A DNA stretch of 57,601 nucleotides, from assembly GCA_963575745.1 (NCBI GenBank), contig CAUYUJ010000013.1, forward strand, positions 62,001 through 119,601, read 5' to 3'. The stretch comes from Prorocentrum cordatum. Taxonomy: Eukaryota. Shown here one piece after another: positions 12,875 to 26,009 of the stretch. Position numbers and translations under genes: made by a program. Every line of letters starts with the position of its first letter. Within the stretch, counting starts at the first letter, position 1. The notes beneath the pieces were generated by a model. That model was not told where the DNA came from, ran no database searches, and worked only from the letters and a program-made list of their open reading frames with translations.

Positions 12875-13285
12875 AATACATGACATTCGCGCCCCCGACT
12901 CAATAATCTTTCGTAAATTGCGCCGCATTCGCGCCCCCGAAGCCACGATCCCTCATAAAATACTTCATATTCGCGCCTCCGAGGCCACGATCTGCTGCAA
13001 ATTACCCTACATTCGCGCCTCGATCTCTTGTAAATTACACTGCACTGGCGCCCCCGCAGCTACGATCTCTTATAAATTACTGCCACGTTCGCGCACCCGA
13101 GGCCACGATCCCTGCTAAGTTACGCCACGTTCGCGCACCCGAGGCCACGATCCCCCGTAAATTGCGCCACATTTGCGCCCCCGACGCCACGATCCCTGGC
13201 AAATTACGCCGTGTCCGCGCTCCCGAGGCCACGATCCCATGAAATTGCGACATGTTCGCACCCTGGAGGCAACGATCCCATGCAA
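12875..13285. repeat. ~39-bp minisatellite, second array
   Basis: Same unit as 1-640. Confidence 0.9.
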
Positions 13286-15571
13286 AGACAAAGAGGCCCC
13301 AAAGAGCCCCAAGACGGCCCCAAGAGGGGCCCAAGCAGGGCACCACGAACCGATAATTCTAGATTTGTACCCCAAGAAGCCCCCAGGAGGCCCCTCGAGA
13401 CCGCCAAGAGGCCACAAGAGGCGCCCAAGAGGCCTCCAAGAGGCCCAAAAGATACCCCACGAGGCCCAAAGAGGCCCCCAAGAGGCCCCCAAGAAGCGTC
13501 CAAACCGCCTCCCCCGAGAGGCTCCCCACGGCCCCGCGACACCCCAACACATATACAAGAGACCTCAGACCCACAACCCAGGCACGGTAGGGGGATGAGC
13601 CGAAAGCCACAAGGATAACGCCAACGTCTCGATATGCGCTGATGACTCGTTTCCGCTCCCGCATGTTCCCAGATGCGCCAAGGCAGCGCCGAGACGCACC
13701 GACGCGACTCTGATATATCCCATTATGAGAGAGAGGGGACCAGCGGCAGGGGGCGAAGTCCTTACGGATAACAATGATAATCGCACGACTAACATACATA
13801 TCTAACAAGAAGACCCACACATCCGACGTCGTATTATTTCTTTTTGCAACGTAAGCCCCTGGATGTCTCGACTCGACCATCCCTGGAGCCAGTGTTTCAT
13901 CTCGAGTCGTTTTTGGACGGTCGCGGGACCCGAAAACGGCCCCCGGAAACCGAAAATTCCCCAGAACCTTGCATCGTGATGTTTCTCGATTCGACCGGGT
14001 CTGGGCTCGGGAATCAGGAAGCGATCCCCGGACCTCCCCAAGGGTGCGTGCTGGCCAAAACCTCGGGGCGGACCCAGCCGTAACGACGAGAAGCACCCTG
14101 GAGGCCCCAAGCAGGATGAAAAACGGCCAACTAACGAGGGATATGGTGACCCCGATTCCCAACTTTGTGAGGTTCTCGACCGGGGGAAACACGGGAAACG
14201 CTCTGGGACCCAGCTCAGGGCGTATATGATAAGGTGGCATCCATCCTCGATGCCGCTGCATCCGGATAGCCCACCTGGGGGGTATCCCTGAGCCTCCGTT
14301 CTCATCTGAGCGGCCAGTTATTTGGAAGAGGGAGCTCGGGAGGGGGGGGCGAGAAAGCGCCTGCGACCAACAACCTCGATCCCCGGCCCGAAGCTTGGTC
14401 TTCTCACAGCGCCACGGGGTCTGGGATCGGGAACGCGCTGGTAACCCAGGCCATGTCCAGAACAGGCCCCGGGGCCCCCCCATGCCGAGGAGGGGGGGGG
14501 CCGGCCCCGAGTGGCTCCCGAATCCGGGTGGGCCAGAGGGGATCGAGGAGCACTGGTTGACCCCCGTTCCGAGATCTCCGACGTCTTGATGCCTTCGACA
14601 CGGGGTCCCGGGTGCTCTGAACCACTTTCCCAGGAGCCGGTCCTTCGCCCCCGATTTCTGTTTGACGATCCTTGCGTCCGGCGAGGGCCCCCCAGACACC
14701 CACACGACGAAACACCTCCGTCGTGCTTTGTTCAATACGTCGGAGGTCCGGGTTCCCGCCGAGCCCTGCTTCGGCGTCCCCGAAAGGGCACGGCTTGGCC
14801 ATCTCCGGCGGGATGCCCGGCGAGGTGGGCAGCACCGGCGCTGCGCCGGCCACGACCATCTGCGGCGGCGGCGACCTCTGGCTGGCAGTGCCGGCGGCCG
14901 CGCAGCATCCCGCCCTCCCCAGAGGATCGCGGACTTCCCAGATGGAGGCCCGACCTTCATGCTGGAGGCGTTTCTATCCCTCCCTCCGTCCTGTCGGGTC
15001 GCTCTGATGCGTGGGGCGCTCGTGCTGTGCTGACCTTGCCCCACTTGGTGCCCGTGCAGATTAATGTCTTTTAGTTCAGCCGGCCTGCCTGACTGATCTT
15101 TAAAGCTTCTGCTAGCTGCAGCGCCACTCTCTCGCGACAGCCGTCACAGGTTCATCGCGCGTGCAATCCAAAAATCCTGTCGGGTCGGACGAACGGGGGG
15201 GTTATAGCAAAGGGGAGGTTGGCGGATCAGCTCACGCAGCCGCTCTCTCTGGCGCCTCCGGGCGCAGGGAGGCACAGGGAGGCACAGGTGCATCGAGGAA
15301 CGGCGCCACGCGGCGGGGCGGAAACCAGCTGCGCGCGGCAGACTCCCGAACCCCGGTTCCGTATGTACCCCTTCCCCCCCTCCTTCGTCCGGCCCGATCC
15401 TGGGAGCTTCTCTCCCCCTGCAGGGTCTGCGCGTGCCAACATTGGAGTCGGCATGCGCGGATCTGGCGCGCGGGCGCCGCATCCGCGGATCGGGGAAGGC
15501 CGGAGGCCAGAACATCACCACCGTCACCGAGATCGGGATCTCCTTCCCTCGGTGGAGGCACACCGCCGAAA

Positions 15572-15688
15572 TTCCCACCAGCCCTTTGGGCGTGAGTGGT
15601 TTAGCGAGCTCTCTCTGTCCTCAACCCCCCTTCTTCCCCTTCGGGGAGGGGTTTACCCCTCCCCCTACCCCCTCCCCCTGGACCTGGT
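15572..15688 (+). mobile_element. 5' fragment of the Helentron-like family (see 21650 and 45299)
   Basis: tcccaccagccctttgggcgt...cttcttccccttcggggaggggtttacccctcccc matches 45301-45410; an uninterrupted homolog of the flanks lies at ~29560-29650. Confidence 0.7.
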
Positions 15689-15952
15689 CTTGGTGTCAAT
15701 CTCTAGGCCTGCGAGAAGGCACCCACCGAGACACGAGGCCAGCGCCGCCCGATCCGGCGACGGAGCGCGCCGGACTCCGCACGGGAGCGGGCCCCTCGCG
15801 AGCCCGACGCCTGGCAGCGCAGCGAGGCGCGACGCGCGGTCACCTCGGCGCCCTCACGCCGCCGCCCTGGAGAACGGCGCCTCTCCGGCAGCATCCGACC
15901 CAGGCCGCGGTGCGCAGAGCTCGGCTGACTTCGCGCCCCCTCGGGTGAACTA

Positions 15953-16128
15953 CAGTCGGGGCCCTGAAGAAGGAACCCTTTTCGTTGGGGAGGGGCTCCG
16001 CGTTCCTCAAGTGTTTCACAGCTTGCCTCAGGCTTTCCTCATGTTTTCGACCGGAAATCGAAGGTTAACTTCTGGAAAAAAGGGGCCCCGTTCCTTATTT
16101 AGGGTTCCTTAGGTCAACGCCCCGACTG
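15953..16128. mobile_element. 176-bp Tc1/mariner/pogo-type MITE
   Basis: TA|CAGTCGGGGC...AAGGAACCCT ... AGGGTTCCTT...GCCCCGACTG|TA; TA TSD and imperfect ~27-bp TIR. Confidence 0.8.
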
Positions 16129-17708
16129 TAGGGAAAGGGGAGGAGAGTCAGGCGCACCAAGCAGGAGGGAACCGCGTCACCGATGGTGCATCCATCCCCC
16201 CCTCCACGCGCGTGACCCATGGGGGGCCCAAGACGCCAAGATCTCCTGGGATCCCCGTCATCCTGGACACCCAGCCGACACCCAGTCTGGGCACAGAGCG
16301 AGCCGCGACGAGACGGGGCCCGAAAGTGCGGGCACGACTCCTCAAACGCCCCCGCGTGGCACGCCCGAGTCCTGGGAAGCCCCGCAAAAAATGCGGAAAC
16401 CTTTTTAGGAATCCCGCGAAAGCTCCCGAGACTTCCGCTTGAGGCCGGAGGTATCACGCGGCCCACCACTGGGCAGCTGCAACAGGGCCGGATAGCCCAG
16501 GGGGGGGGGGGGGGGCATTACATGTATCCCGGGGCTCCGATCGCCCATGTCTTCGACGAGGCTTCTCGGCGAATGCGGGTAATATCCGCCCCCTGGGCTA
16601 GCCAACCCCTCTGCCTCCGCCGAACCACTGATGGCGACTGGAGGATCCTCGAGAGGGGCACCCAAGCTCCCATCGCTGGTGGCGAAGTCTCACCCCGAGC
16701 AAGGGCTTCAGACATGCGGGAGTCTGTTCGGCACTCAGCACCAAGCCAAACAGTGGGCCTGAAAAGGCCAAGTGCTCGGTTGCAGGGGTTGGTGAATACG
16801 GCAAGTTGGTTCCATGACGACGCTGGCTGTGGTCTCTGACACCACGCGGATCGTTTAACGTTACCGCCGGGACCCTCGTAGAGCTCTTAACACGCGTAGC
16901 GCTGCTCGGAACACAAGGAGGAGCTTTCTTGAGCATCAGCGTGAAAACTCGAAAATACATGTTTTGCTGCTATAATTCGAAGTCGGGTCCCCCACGTCTT
17001 TTGATAGTAATATTCTAGCTACGGACCTGAGAATTTCACTGGCAGACGCGGCATAACCCACTACTCGTTACTTGCACGGTCGGCGGCTTCTGGATGGTCA
17101 GATCGCTCCGTGGACCGATTCCAGGCCACTGGCAACGTTCAAACTAGAACGCCCGCGGCGGGGTCGCCGCCGCGCCGGCACGACGCGAACCTGCCGTACG
17201 GGAATGTCGGGCTTGCGGGGCGCAGCTTTGGGGGCCCGCCCCGCAGCTCGCAGCTTTGAGGGGCGCCGCTTTGGGGGGCGCAGCTTTGGGGGCTTGAGGG
17301 GCCTTGAGGAGCAACACAAACTGCATGAACATTGACTTTCGAAGGTCCGCGCGGATTTCCTGGATCCGCGCTGAACCCCCCTCCCTGGCGGGCGCAGCGC
17401 GCCAGGGCCGGCACCGGAGGCGCCGCCAGGGGGGCAGGGCGCCGATCCAAGACGTCCGCGCGGAGCTCCGAAGGCTTCCGTCTGCGCCGCTCTGTTCCTG
17501 CTCGAATCGCGGCGGGGGCGCGCGGACTTCTTGTCGGACACCAGGCAGGTCACGGTTGGCACGCCAGACCTGCGGGCCCATTGGGGGGGGGGGCGCACGA
17601 CGGCGCGGCGGTTCTGCCACGTGCGCCCTCTGCCTGACGCACGGACTCCGGCAGACTTCCGGAGCCCCCCCGGGGCAAGAGGGGTCACAGGGAGACAGCG
17701 AGCACAGC

Positions 17709-17997
17709 TCCTCCTCCTCCTCCTCCTCCTCCTCCTCCTCCTCCTCCTCGTCCTCTTCCTCGTCCTCGTCCTCCTCCTCCTCCTCCGCCTCCTCTTCCTC
17801 CTCCTCCTCCTCCTCGTCCTCTTCCTCGTCCTCCTCCTCCTCCTCCTTCTCCTTTTCCTCCTCCTGTTTCTCCTCCTCCTCCTCCTCCTCCTCCTCCTCC
17901 TCCTCTTCCTCGTTCTCCTCCTCCTCCTCCTCCTGCTCCTCCTCCTCCTCCTCCTCCTCCTCCTGCTCCTCCTCCCCCTCCTCATGCTCCTCCTTCT
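17709..17997. repeat. (CCT)n microsatellite
   Basis: Directly visible. Confidence 0.95.
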
Positions 17998-18409
17998 CTC
18001 AGCCCACCCCCATGCCCTCCCTGTTTTCCCCCACGCCCCCTTCTGCGGCCTCGTATTCACGGCCGCGTCGCCGCGGTGGTACGCGAGGGGTGGCCTGTCC
18101 CCGATCACAGAAGGGCGCGGCAGGGGCATCGCCCGAAAATCCACAGGACAAAGGCAGCCCGCTTCCTTCAGCTCTTCTCTGTTTGTTTTCCTGATTGTCC
18201 TCCTCCTCCTCCTCTTCCTCCTCTTCCTCCTCCTCCCCCTACTCCGCGCGTGGGGCGGCGTCGACAACGCCCTGCTCGACGACGACGACGACGGCGGCGG
18301 CGACGGCGGCGTTAAGGCAAGGCAAGGCAAGGCGGCGGCGGCGACGACGACGACGATGACGACGACCACCACCACCACCACCACAACCATCCGCCACCAC
18401 CACCATCAC

Positions 18410-19335
<926 letters not shown>

Positions 19336-20181
19336 CCGGCAGGGAGAGACCGTCGAGGCAGCAGCGCGTCGCCGCACGCGCCCGCGAAGGCTCTGGGCAC
19401 CAAATTAGGAGGAGGAGGAGGAGGAGGAGGAGGAGGAGGGCGGCCAGCACATTGCGCCGCCCCTGTCGCACAGCCAGACGCGTCGGTATGGCAGGCATAG
19501 CGTTTCGCCGATGACTTCCTCAGAATATGTGATCCTGGCGCTTGAAAGCTCCATCAACTACAACATGTGCGAAGGCGGAAATTACTTGTTCAAAAATGAG
19601 TCCTCGCAGAAGCGCCGCACCCATGTGCTTCTAAAAGCTAACAACACTCACGCGGATGGAAGGCTCGTGCCTAGAAACTTGGCCCCCGCCCGAGAATCTG
19701 ACGGCGCGCAGCAGGGAAGGGGCCGAGGGGGGGAGACGCCCCTGCCTGACGTGGGAGCTTCGACAAGACAGCGGGGGAGGCGGGGGGCGGGGGCGCGAGG
19801 GAGGCTGCTGAGAAGGGATCGGCCCCTTACACAGAAGGCATGCGCCCTGCGCCTGCTGAAAAGCGGGGAAAGTCCTCGCCCCTCGCCCCCCTCCTTGGCG
19901 CTTTTCCGTTTGAGCGGTCGTCCTCGCCGTCGCCGCCCCGCCCCCGTCCCTGGGCCCTCCTCTTCGAACATTCCAGCCAGAGGGAAAGCGAGCAACGTCG
20001 TAATCGAGTCGAAAACAAACCCTTCCCTTTGATCCCTCCGCCGACGGGCGAGGGGGGGGGGGCCTGGGCGCGCCCCGGGGGGGGCGGGGGCGCGGAGAGG
20101 CCTCGGGGGAGGGGGGCCCAGGGGGGCCCAGGGCGGCGGTCCCCGGGGGAGGGGGGAACCCCAGGAGTTGCGACTCTCCAA

Positions 20182-20326
20182 TGACTCTGTCGTGCCGGCA
20201 CAGCTTCGGATACGATAGCTTGCACCACTGGATTTCCTGAACACTCCTGCTGCAATGCAGCTTAGAAGACACAAGTAGACTTGCCTCCCACACCATACAA
20301 GCTCGAGGGTGCACCGAATATACGCG
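20182..20326 (-). repeat. 3' LTR (~145 bp)
   Basis: tcgtgcc..cagcttcgga..cgatagcttgcaccactggatttcct...tacaagctcgagg is shared with 28375-28516. Confidence 0.8.
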
Positions 20327-20559
20327 CGCCTCCCGGGCAAGTTCCCGCCCTCACTCATGGAGCCCAGCCCGCCCCGCGTGTCTCGAAGCGTTTCGTTGGA
20401 AGCTCCAGCGCGCCACTCATGAACAAGTCCGCGTAATTCTGCTCATTCGCCCGGATTCCAGCTCCGGCACTGACAGCGGAGCGGGTCCACGGCCTCGACC
20501 GCGCCAGCGCCCAACTCCGCTGCACCGATCTTGGGCCCACTGCGAGGGCGGCCCAAAAC

Positions 20560-21050
20560 GCCATGCGGCTGCGCCCTGGGAGCGCCACGGCGCCGCATTG
20601 CGCCGGCATCTTCGCGAGGGTCGGCGGGCCCGCGCGCTTCGTGCCCAGGTCGGCCACGCTCTCCGCCCCGTCTGCTTCCCGAGCCACCAGGAGTCCGTCC
20701 TGGCGCGCCCTCTGAAGCCACGGGGCAGGCGCGCGGATATGCCTGATCCTGCCGGTTCGCCCCCTGTGGATGGTCCCCAGGCCGACGGATGCATCCCAGA
20801 GCATCCTCACGGGGCCCTTGAGCTCCATGCCCATGTCCGGCCAATACTGGCCGAGGCCAATACTGGCAAACTCAACTCTTGCGTAGAATTCGCTCTCCGC
20901 CAATGACAGCGCCACCGCCGTTTGCGTCGCCAGGGTGGACTAAGTCAGGTGAGATCCCAAGAAGACGCACGTTGAACTCGTTGATCTTCTCGTCATCACG
21001 CACCTGGCGTGGCCGCTATCACTGTAGACCATCAATACATCGGGGGCGTC
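20560..21050 (-). pseudogene. Copia RNase H (degenerate)
   Basis: VYSDSGHARCVMTRRSTSS; ALSLAESEFYA; DASVGLG...RIRHI..PWLQ; ADLGTK. Confidence 0.9.
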
Positions 21051-22780
21051 CTCCTCCTGGAATCGCAACACCATCCGGCCCGTCGCTAACAAGGAGCGAA
21101 CCTGCTCTCCGTGACTGCGCCGTGCCCCAACGAGTCGGAGCATTCGTGCTCCGCGCCAACCATGTCTCAGAGAACTTGCACTCAGGCCGGTCCTGCGCCA
21201 GATGCGCGTACCTCATGACTTTCGACCGGCGCTGGCTCTTCGCCGTCGCGCTCAGCGCCGCCCCGGCGGCGCGTTTCGTCATCTTGAAGTCTGGGGTCAA
21301 GGTGCCCACGTTGCCCTGCTGCAGCCCCTTCGCGTCCGTCAAGATCTCGACGCGTCGCGGGTCACCTCCCCGCTCGATGAAGGCCGCCGCGGCCGTCCTG
21401 CACGGCGGCTGCGCGACGCGGACGAGCCTGTTCAAGCATCGCGCCTCTTGGGTATCCCGAAGGTCCTCGCGCGGCCCTAGCACTCCAATACATGTGCAAA
21501 TCATGCGTTCACCGAGCGCTCGGTAGAACCATGCCTGCACGGCGCGCTCGACCAACGGGATGAACTCGTCGCCGTGCCGGACGCACGCTGCTTCCGCTCC
21601 TCGCTGTAGTGCACGTGCACGTTGAAGCCGCCGCGCGTGGAACTTAGTTAGTCCCACCAGCCCTCTGGGCGTTGATGGTCTAGAGCGTTTCCTCTTCCAC
21701 CTCCCTTCTTCCTTTTCGGGGAGGGGTTTCCCCCTCCCCTGGGCCTGGAAAGGGCGCCCCGCGAGCTGCCAAGGCGTCCAAGATGGCTTAAAGAAGTCCC
21801 CTTCTTTGATCGATGTCGTCCAAGAAGCGCCCAGGAGGCCCCACGAGGCTCCAAGATGGCCCCAAGATGGCCCCAAGAGGCCCCCAGCGGGGCCCCCAAG
21901 AGGACCCCGAGCGGCCCCCCCCGAGGCACCCAAGACGCCCAAGAGCCCCCCAGGACCGCCAAGAGACCCTCGAAACGTCCCAAGAGGCCACCAAGAAGCG
22001 CATCCCAAAAAGCTCCCAAGAGGCATCCAAGAGTCCTCCTCCTGCTCCTCCTTCCTCCTCCTCCTCCTCCTTCCCTCCTCCTCCTCCTCCCTCCTCCTCC
22101 TCCTCCTCCTCCTCCTCCTCCTCCTCCTCCTCCTCCTCCTCCTCCTCCTCCTCCTCCTCATCCTATTCATCCTCCTTCTCCCCACTCCCTTATCCATCCA
22201 TTCAGCCTCTTCCTTCTCCTCCTCCCTCCTTCGATCCCGCACTCCCCTGATTACCTCAACTCGCGTGGACATCGTTTCCGGACGGGCTGGCGGGGATAAG
22301 CGAAGAGTCTAGAATTTCTTCACCGCGCGCTCCGCGAACGCATCGAAGCATTGCGCCGCGTCGCTGGCCCCATGAATATTCTTCAAGGTCCTCGCGACAC
22401 CGCCACCATCCTCGCGCGGCACCTTCACAAAGGCCACCCGGCGCGCCTCCGAATTGAAGCGTGCGCGGCTGATGTCGTAGAAACCTAGCGCCCGCACCCG
22501 CATGTCCTTGGTCAGCTCACCCGTGCCACTGGACAGCGCCAGGGATGCCAGTATCTGAAGTGCTTCTGGTGGCGGTGCAGCGGCGAACGCGCTCGCTATG
22601 TCATCGACGTCCGAGCTCGACCTCTGACAGGCCCCCTGCGCCACCAGCCTGCCTCAAATTATCGGATGCTGCATATCGCCCTTACGGATATCGATACAGC
22701 GCGTCGGCACTGGCTTGCATCCGGCCTGGCGCGCCTCCTCCGGCGTCGCCCCTGCGCGCGCCTTCAACGCGCGCATGTGC
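21050..22780 (-). pseudogene. Copia reverse transcriptase (degenerate, interrupted by the 21650-22316 insertion)
   Basis: GRLVAQ; FAAAPPPEAL; FYDISRARF; LKNIHGASDAA; VRHGDEF (HGDDF motif); CLNRLV; DPRRVEIL; LAQDRPE. Confidence 0.9.
21650..22316 (+). mobile_element. Helitron2/Helentron-like non-autonomous element inserted into the copia RT
   Basis: 5' TCCCACCAGCCC (21652) and subterminal inverted GGGCTGGCGGGGA (22284), followed by a degenerate GCGAAG hairpin and CTAGAATT; RT-like sequence resumes on both sides; no TSD longer than TT. Confidence 0.7.
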
Positions 22781-22939
22781 CCAACCTCCTCCGCCCGCGC
22801 CTGCAGGGCCACCAGGGTCCAGCTTCGTGCTTGCGATTTCGCCCCGGAACTCCAGCATGCGCCCCTGTTCAGAAAGGGCCTCGCCCAGAGCCGGCCCTCC
22901 GCTCTCGAACTCGCCTAACCGACCCGCCTTCTCCAGGTC

Positions 22940-23570
22940 CTGCTTGAGTCCCCAGAGAATCTGGGCGACGAGCATCGGCGGGCGCGCACGCGCCTGGCGC
23001 GCCAAGCCTCCATCGAGCTCAACGCGGCGACGTCGACGATCGCACTCCAGGCTCAGAGCGTAAGCTATGTTCCTGAAATTCATCATGAACCCCGTCGGCT
23101 GCCTGCGCGACCTGGAGCCCACCCTGCTCTCAGCGCCGCGGCGGCCCCGAACGTGCACCGGTCGCAATATGCCACTTGAACTTCGTCTCTCTTCATCAGC
23201 CTCTGCGCGCAACCGCTCTTCCACGACGACGCACCATGGGTGCTCGCGAAGGAATACGTAGCTCTTTATGCCCCAACTGGTACGTCCACATCTTGCAAAC
23301 GAACTCCAAGTGCGCAGCCGCCTCCTGCAACGTCGCCCGGTAGTTCGGGTCGCGCTGATCGAAATACCGCAACTGGGAGACCTCCTTGCAGTCTAGACCC
23401 CCGATGACTAAGAACGGACTCTCGTCCTCCAAGTGCCTTCTCGCTCGTTCGCGGTCACGGCGCACGTCGAAGTCGAACCAAGTCGCCAGGTCCAGGACCA
23501 TGCCCGGCGCCGCGCCGAACCTGCGGGCCCTCGCCGCGCACCTCGGCGGGTTGAACACCGCACTCACGCG
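22940..23570 (-). pseudogene. C5-cytosine DNA methyltransferase-like domain inside the copia polyprotein (degenerate)
   Basis: Ordered motifs VSAVFNPPR, LDLATWFDF, FLVIGGLDC (GSPPC position), FLREHP (ENV/ENP position), RRQPTGFMMN, ARPPMLVAQILWGL. Confidence 0.6.
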
Positions 23571-24379
23571 CGCGCCCACCCCCAGCTTCGCCGCGATGGC
23601 CAGCGATGCATGATGAAACTCTGGTGCGAAGCCGAGGCTATTCAGGATGTCGCACTGCTCCTCAGGCAGCTGTCCCACCTCGTCGAGCTCGGCTCTCCGA
23701 GCGCGTCGCTCACTGTCGGCGTCGTCGAACAGCTGCAGCTCTTCTAGGATCCCGGACTGCATCCTCATCCGCCGGGGCATCGGGCGCTGGGCGCCACTGC
23801 CTAGGCGCCATCCCGAGCGCCCCAGGTCCATCAGCACATGCCCTCGCGGCCCTGACCCCGGCCTGCACGACGTCCAGCGGCGTCAGAACTGGGCCACTCT
23901 CGACGTCGCGCTGGCTCCCGCGTCGACGTCTGGGGCTGCATCGGGTCGCGCGCCGCTAGGCGCTGCTCGTGCACCCCATCTCCACGTGGTGGGCCGCGGC
24001 GGGCTGCGCGCCTATCGGATCGCTCGCAAGCGCCACTCGATCCCGCGCCTGATGCAGTCGGTGGGCCAATGCTTCGTCCGCCGCCGTGGCCTGCTCGACG
24101 CGCTTGCGGCACTCGTCCGCGCGCTTCGCCCCGACGCTGCCCGCTTCGGCGTTCTCACACGCTGCGCGCCCAGGCGCAATGGAATAGCGTGCGAGCCCTA
24201 CCACTTTTCTGACGTAGACCCTCGTAGGCCCCGCAGAAACTGGGGCCCCGTCCACCCCAAGGTTCACAGGCGGAGCGCCGGCTGCCGGCGCCGCCGGCCC
24301 AATGTAGACCTTAGTCTGCAGATCGGCCAGGCCCCTCGCCTCCGGCGACGCCACCTCGCGGGCCAGCCGCGGAATCATC

Positions 24380-25200
24380 CTCCACGGGGGCCCCTCGCAC
24401 AGAACAGCACAAAGTCACGCGACGCCTCCGCGCCCAGCAGCTTGACGCTGGACGACTTGACACGCGCAGTCGGCGCGTCGATAATGCACCTCGCTCAGAG
24501 CCACGAAGATACCTTCTTCCATGTCGGCGCGATCCCTGCCTTCGCCATGCTGCCCCCCTCGGCGAACATGACTTTGTCGTCCCTAGGCGCCAGCTTCCAG
24601 GGTTTGGCCGCCCTCCCGGCAAGGCGCCTCCAGGCAGCTGGCCACGCCGTGCCTGATCTCCACGGCCTGCTGCCGCAGCGTCCTCGCCTTGGCCTTGCAA
24701 CTCTTGCCCGTCTTCTCCTGCTCCCCGCCAGCCTGTTCGCCGCCGACCAGCGCAGCGTCGGGCGCCGCCCGCGTTCTCTCCTTCTTGAGCCCCACGGCGA
24801 CGCAATCCTTCAAAGCTCGAATGAAGTTCCCCCCGTCGCTCCGGAGCATGATCTCTGGATGCCCAATCAAATTGGTCCATCGCGTGAAAATCTCGATCGC
24901 GCACAAATTCCCGCCCTGTGCTGGGGCCTCCTCGGAGGTCGCCGCCCCGTCGCGCCGGTTCACGGCGATCAGGATCGGGCAACCCCACGCTCGCATCGAA
25001 AAATCCCATCCGCGAAATGTCCGCAGTCTCCCGCCACCGACGTGTCCTCGCGAGAGGCGCCCCCCATCGCGGCGCTGGTCTTGGCGGACCTCTCCATGGC
25101 GCAATGCCTGCGCCATACCATATACACGGGGAATGGGTCGCTTCGCACTCCGCAATCTCGGACGCCGTTGGTCTCGGTGACCGGGCGGCCGCCTTGACCG
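24380..25200 (-). pseudogene. Copia integrase (degenerate)
   Basis: EIAECEATHSP (HHCC region); PILIAVNRRDG; IMLRSDGGNFIRAL; KARTL; EGIFVALSE. Confidence 0.8.
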
Positions 25201-25559
25201 GCGCTTGCCCGCCTATATCGGCGGGCCCTTCGCGTCGATCTTCTGCCCCCGGTGCCGGTCGCCCAGGGCCCCGTGCTCAGGGCGGCCCGCTCGGCTCAAG
25301 CACGAACAGCTCGCCGCGCGGCACATTCTCCTCGAATGGGCTCGCGGGCGCGATCCGCCCGGCCCGCCAAAAGGGCCGGGCGCGCGCGCGCTCGCGAGGT
25401 CCGCGCGCCAGCTGCGCCAGCGTGGCCTCGGCCCCTCGGCCTCGGCGATCTCGCCGTGGAACTCCGCCGCGCCGCGGCGCTCGGGTTGCGGCCCCCTCGC
25501 GCAGAGCTCGGCTAAATGCCGCCTCGTCAGCTCGCTGGCCAAGGCGGGCGGCTTCAGCT

Positions 25560-25900
25560 CCACCTCGATGCCCCACCCGCCCGCGCGCCTCGCGAACTGG
25601 GTTCCCCCGCCACTCATCGCGCCCAGCGCGTAGCTGCCCACGCTGCCGAAGACGACAGCGTGACCGTGGCCCACCAGGCCCAGGACGGCCATCAAAAAAC
25701 GCGGCACCTTCGCGATCCGCGTCTTCACGCACAGGTGCTCTACTGCGCCCTGCGTGCGCCGCAAGGCGCGTGATCCTTCGTCTTGCACCTCCTGCTTGCC
25801 GGCGGTCTGGCGCGCTCGCCCTGGCGCGTGACGGGGTCGCGCGCTCGCCCGACGCCACCGTCGAGCGCGCGCGCGATTCGACTCCGAAGGCGATCTCGCG
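25560..25900 (-). pseudogene. Aspartic protease (degenerate)
   Basis: EIAFGVESRARSTV (DSGA position); RIAKVPRFLMAVLGLVGHGHAVVFGSVGSY. Confidence 0.7.
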
Positions 25901-26009
25901 GTTGCCCGCGCCGGCGCGCCACGCGCCGAAAATGCAATCGACCAGATCGACCGCGCAGAACGAGGGGCCCCCCGCATCCAGCGACCCAGCCGGCACGCTG
26001 CCGCAGGGC

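Noticed and set aside
13359..15074. 561-aa minus-strand ORF, or a possible tyrosine recombinase remnant
   Set aside because: GC-rich shadow frame running into a repeat; no convincing R-HxxR-Y or other domain motifs
16098..16104. Telomeric TTTAGGG
   Set aside because: Isolated single copies only, no array
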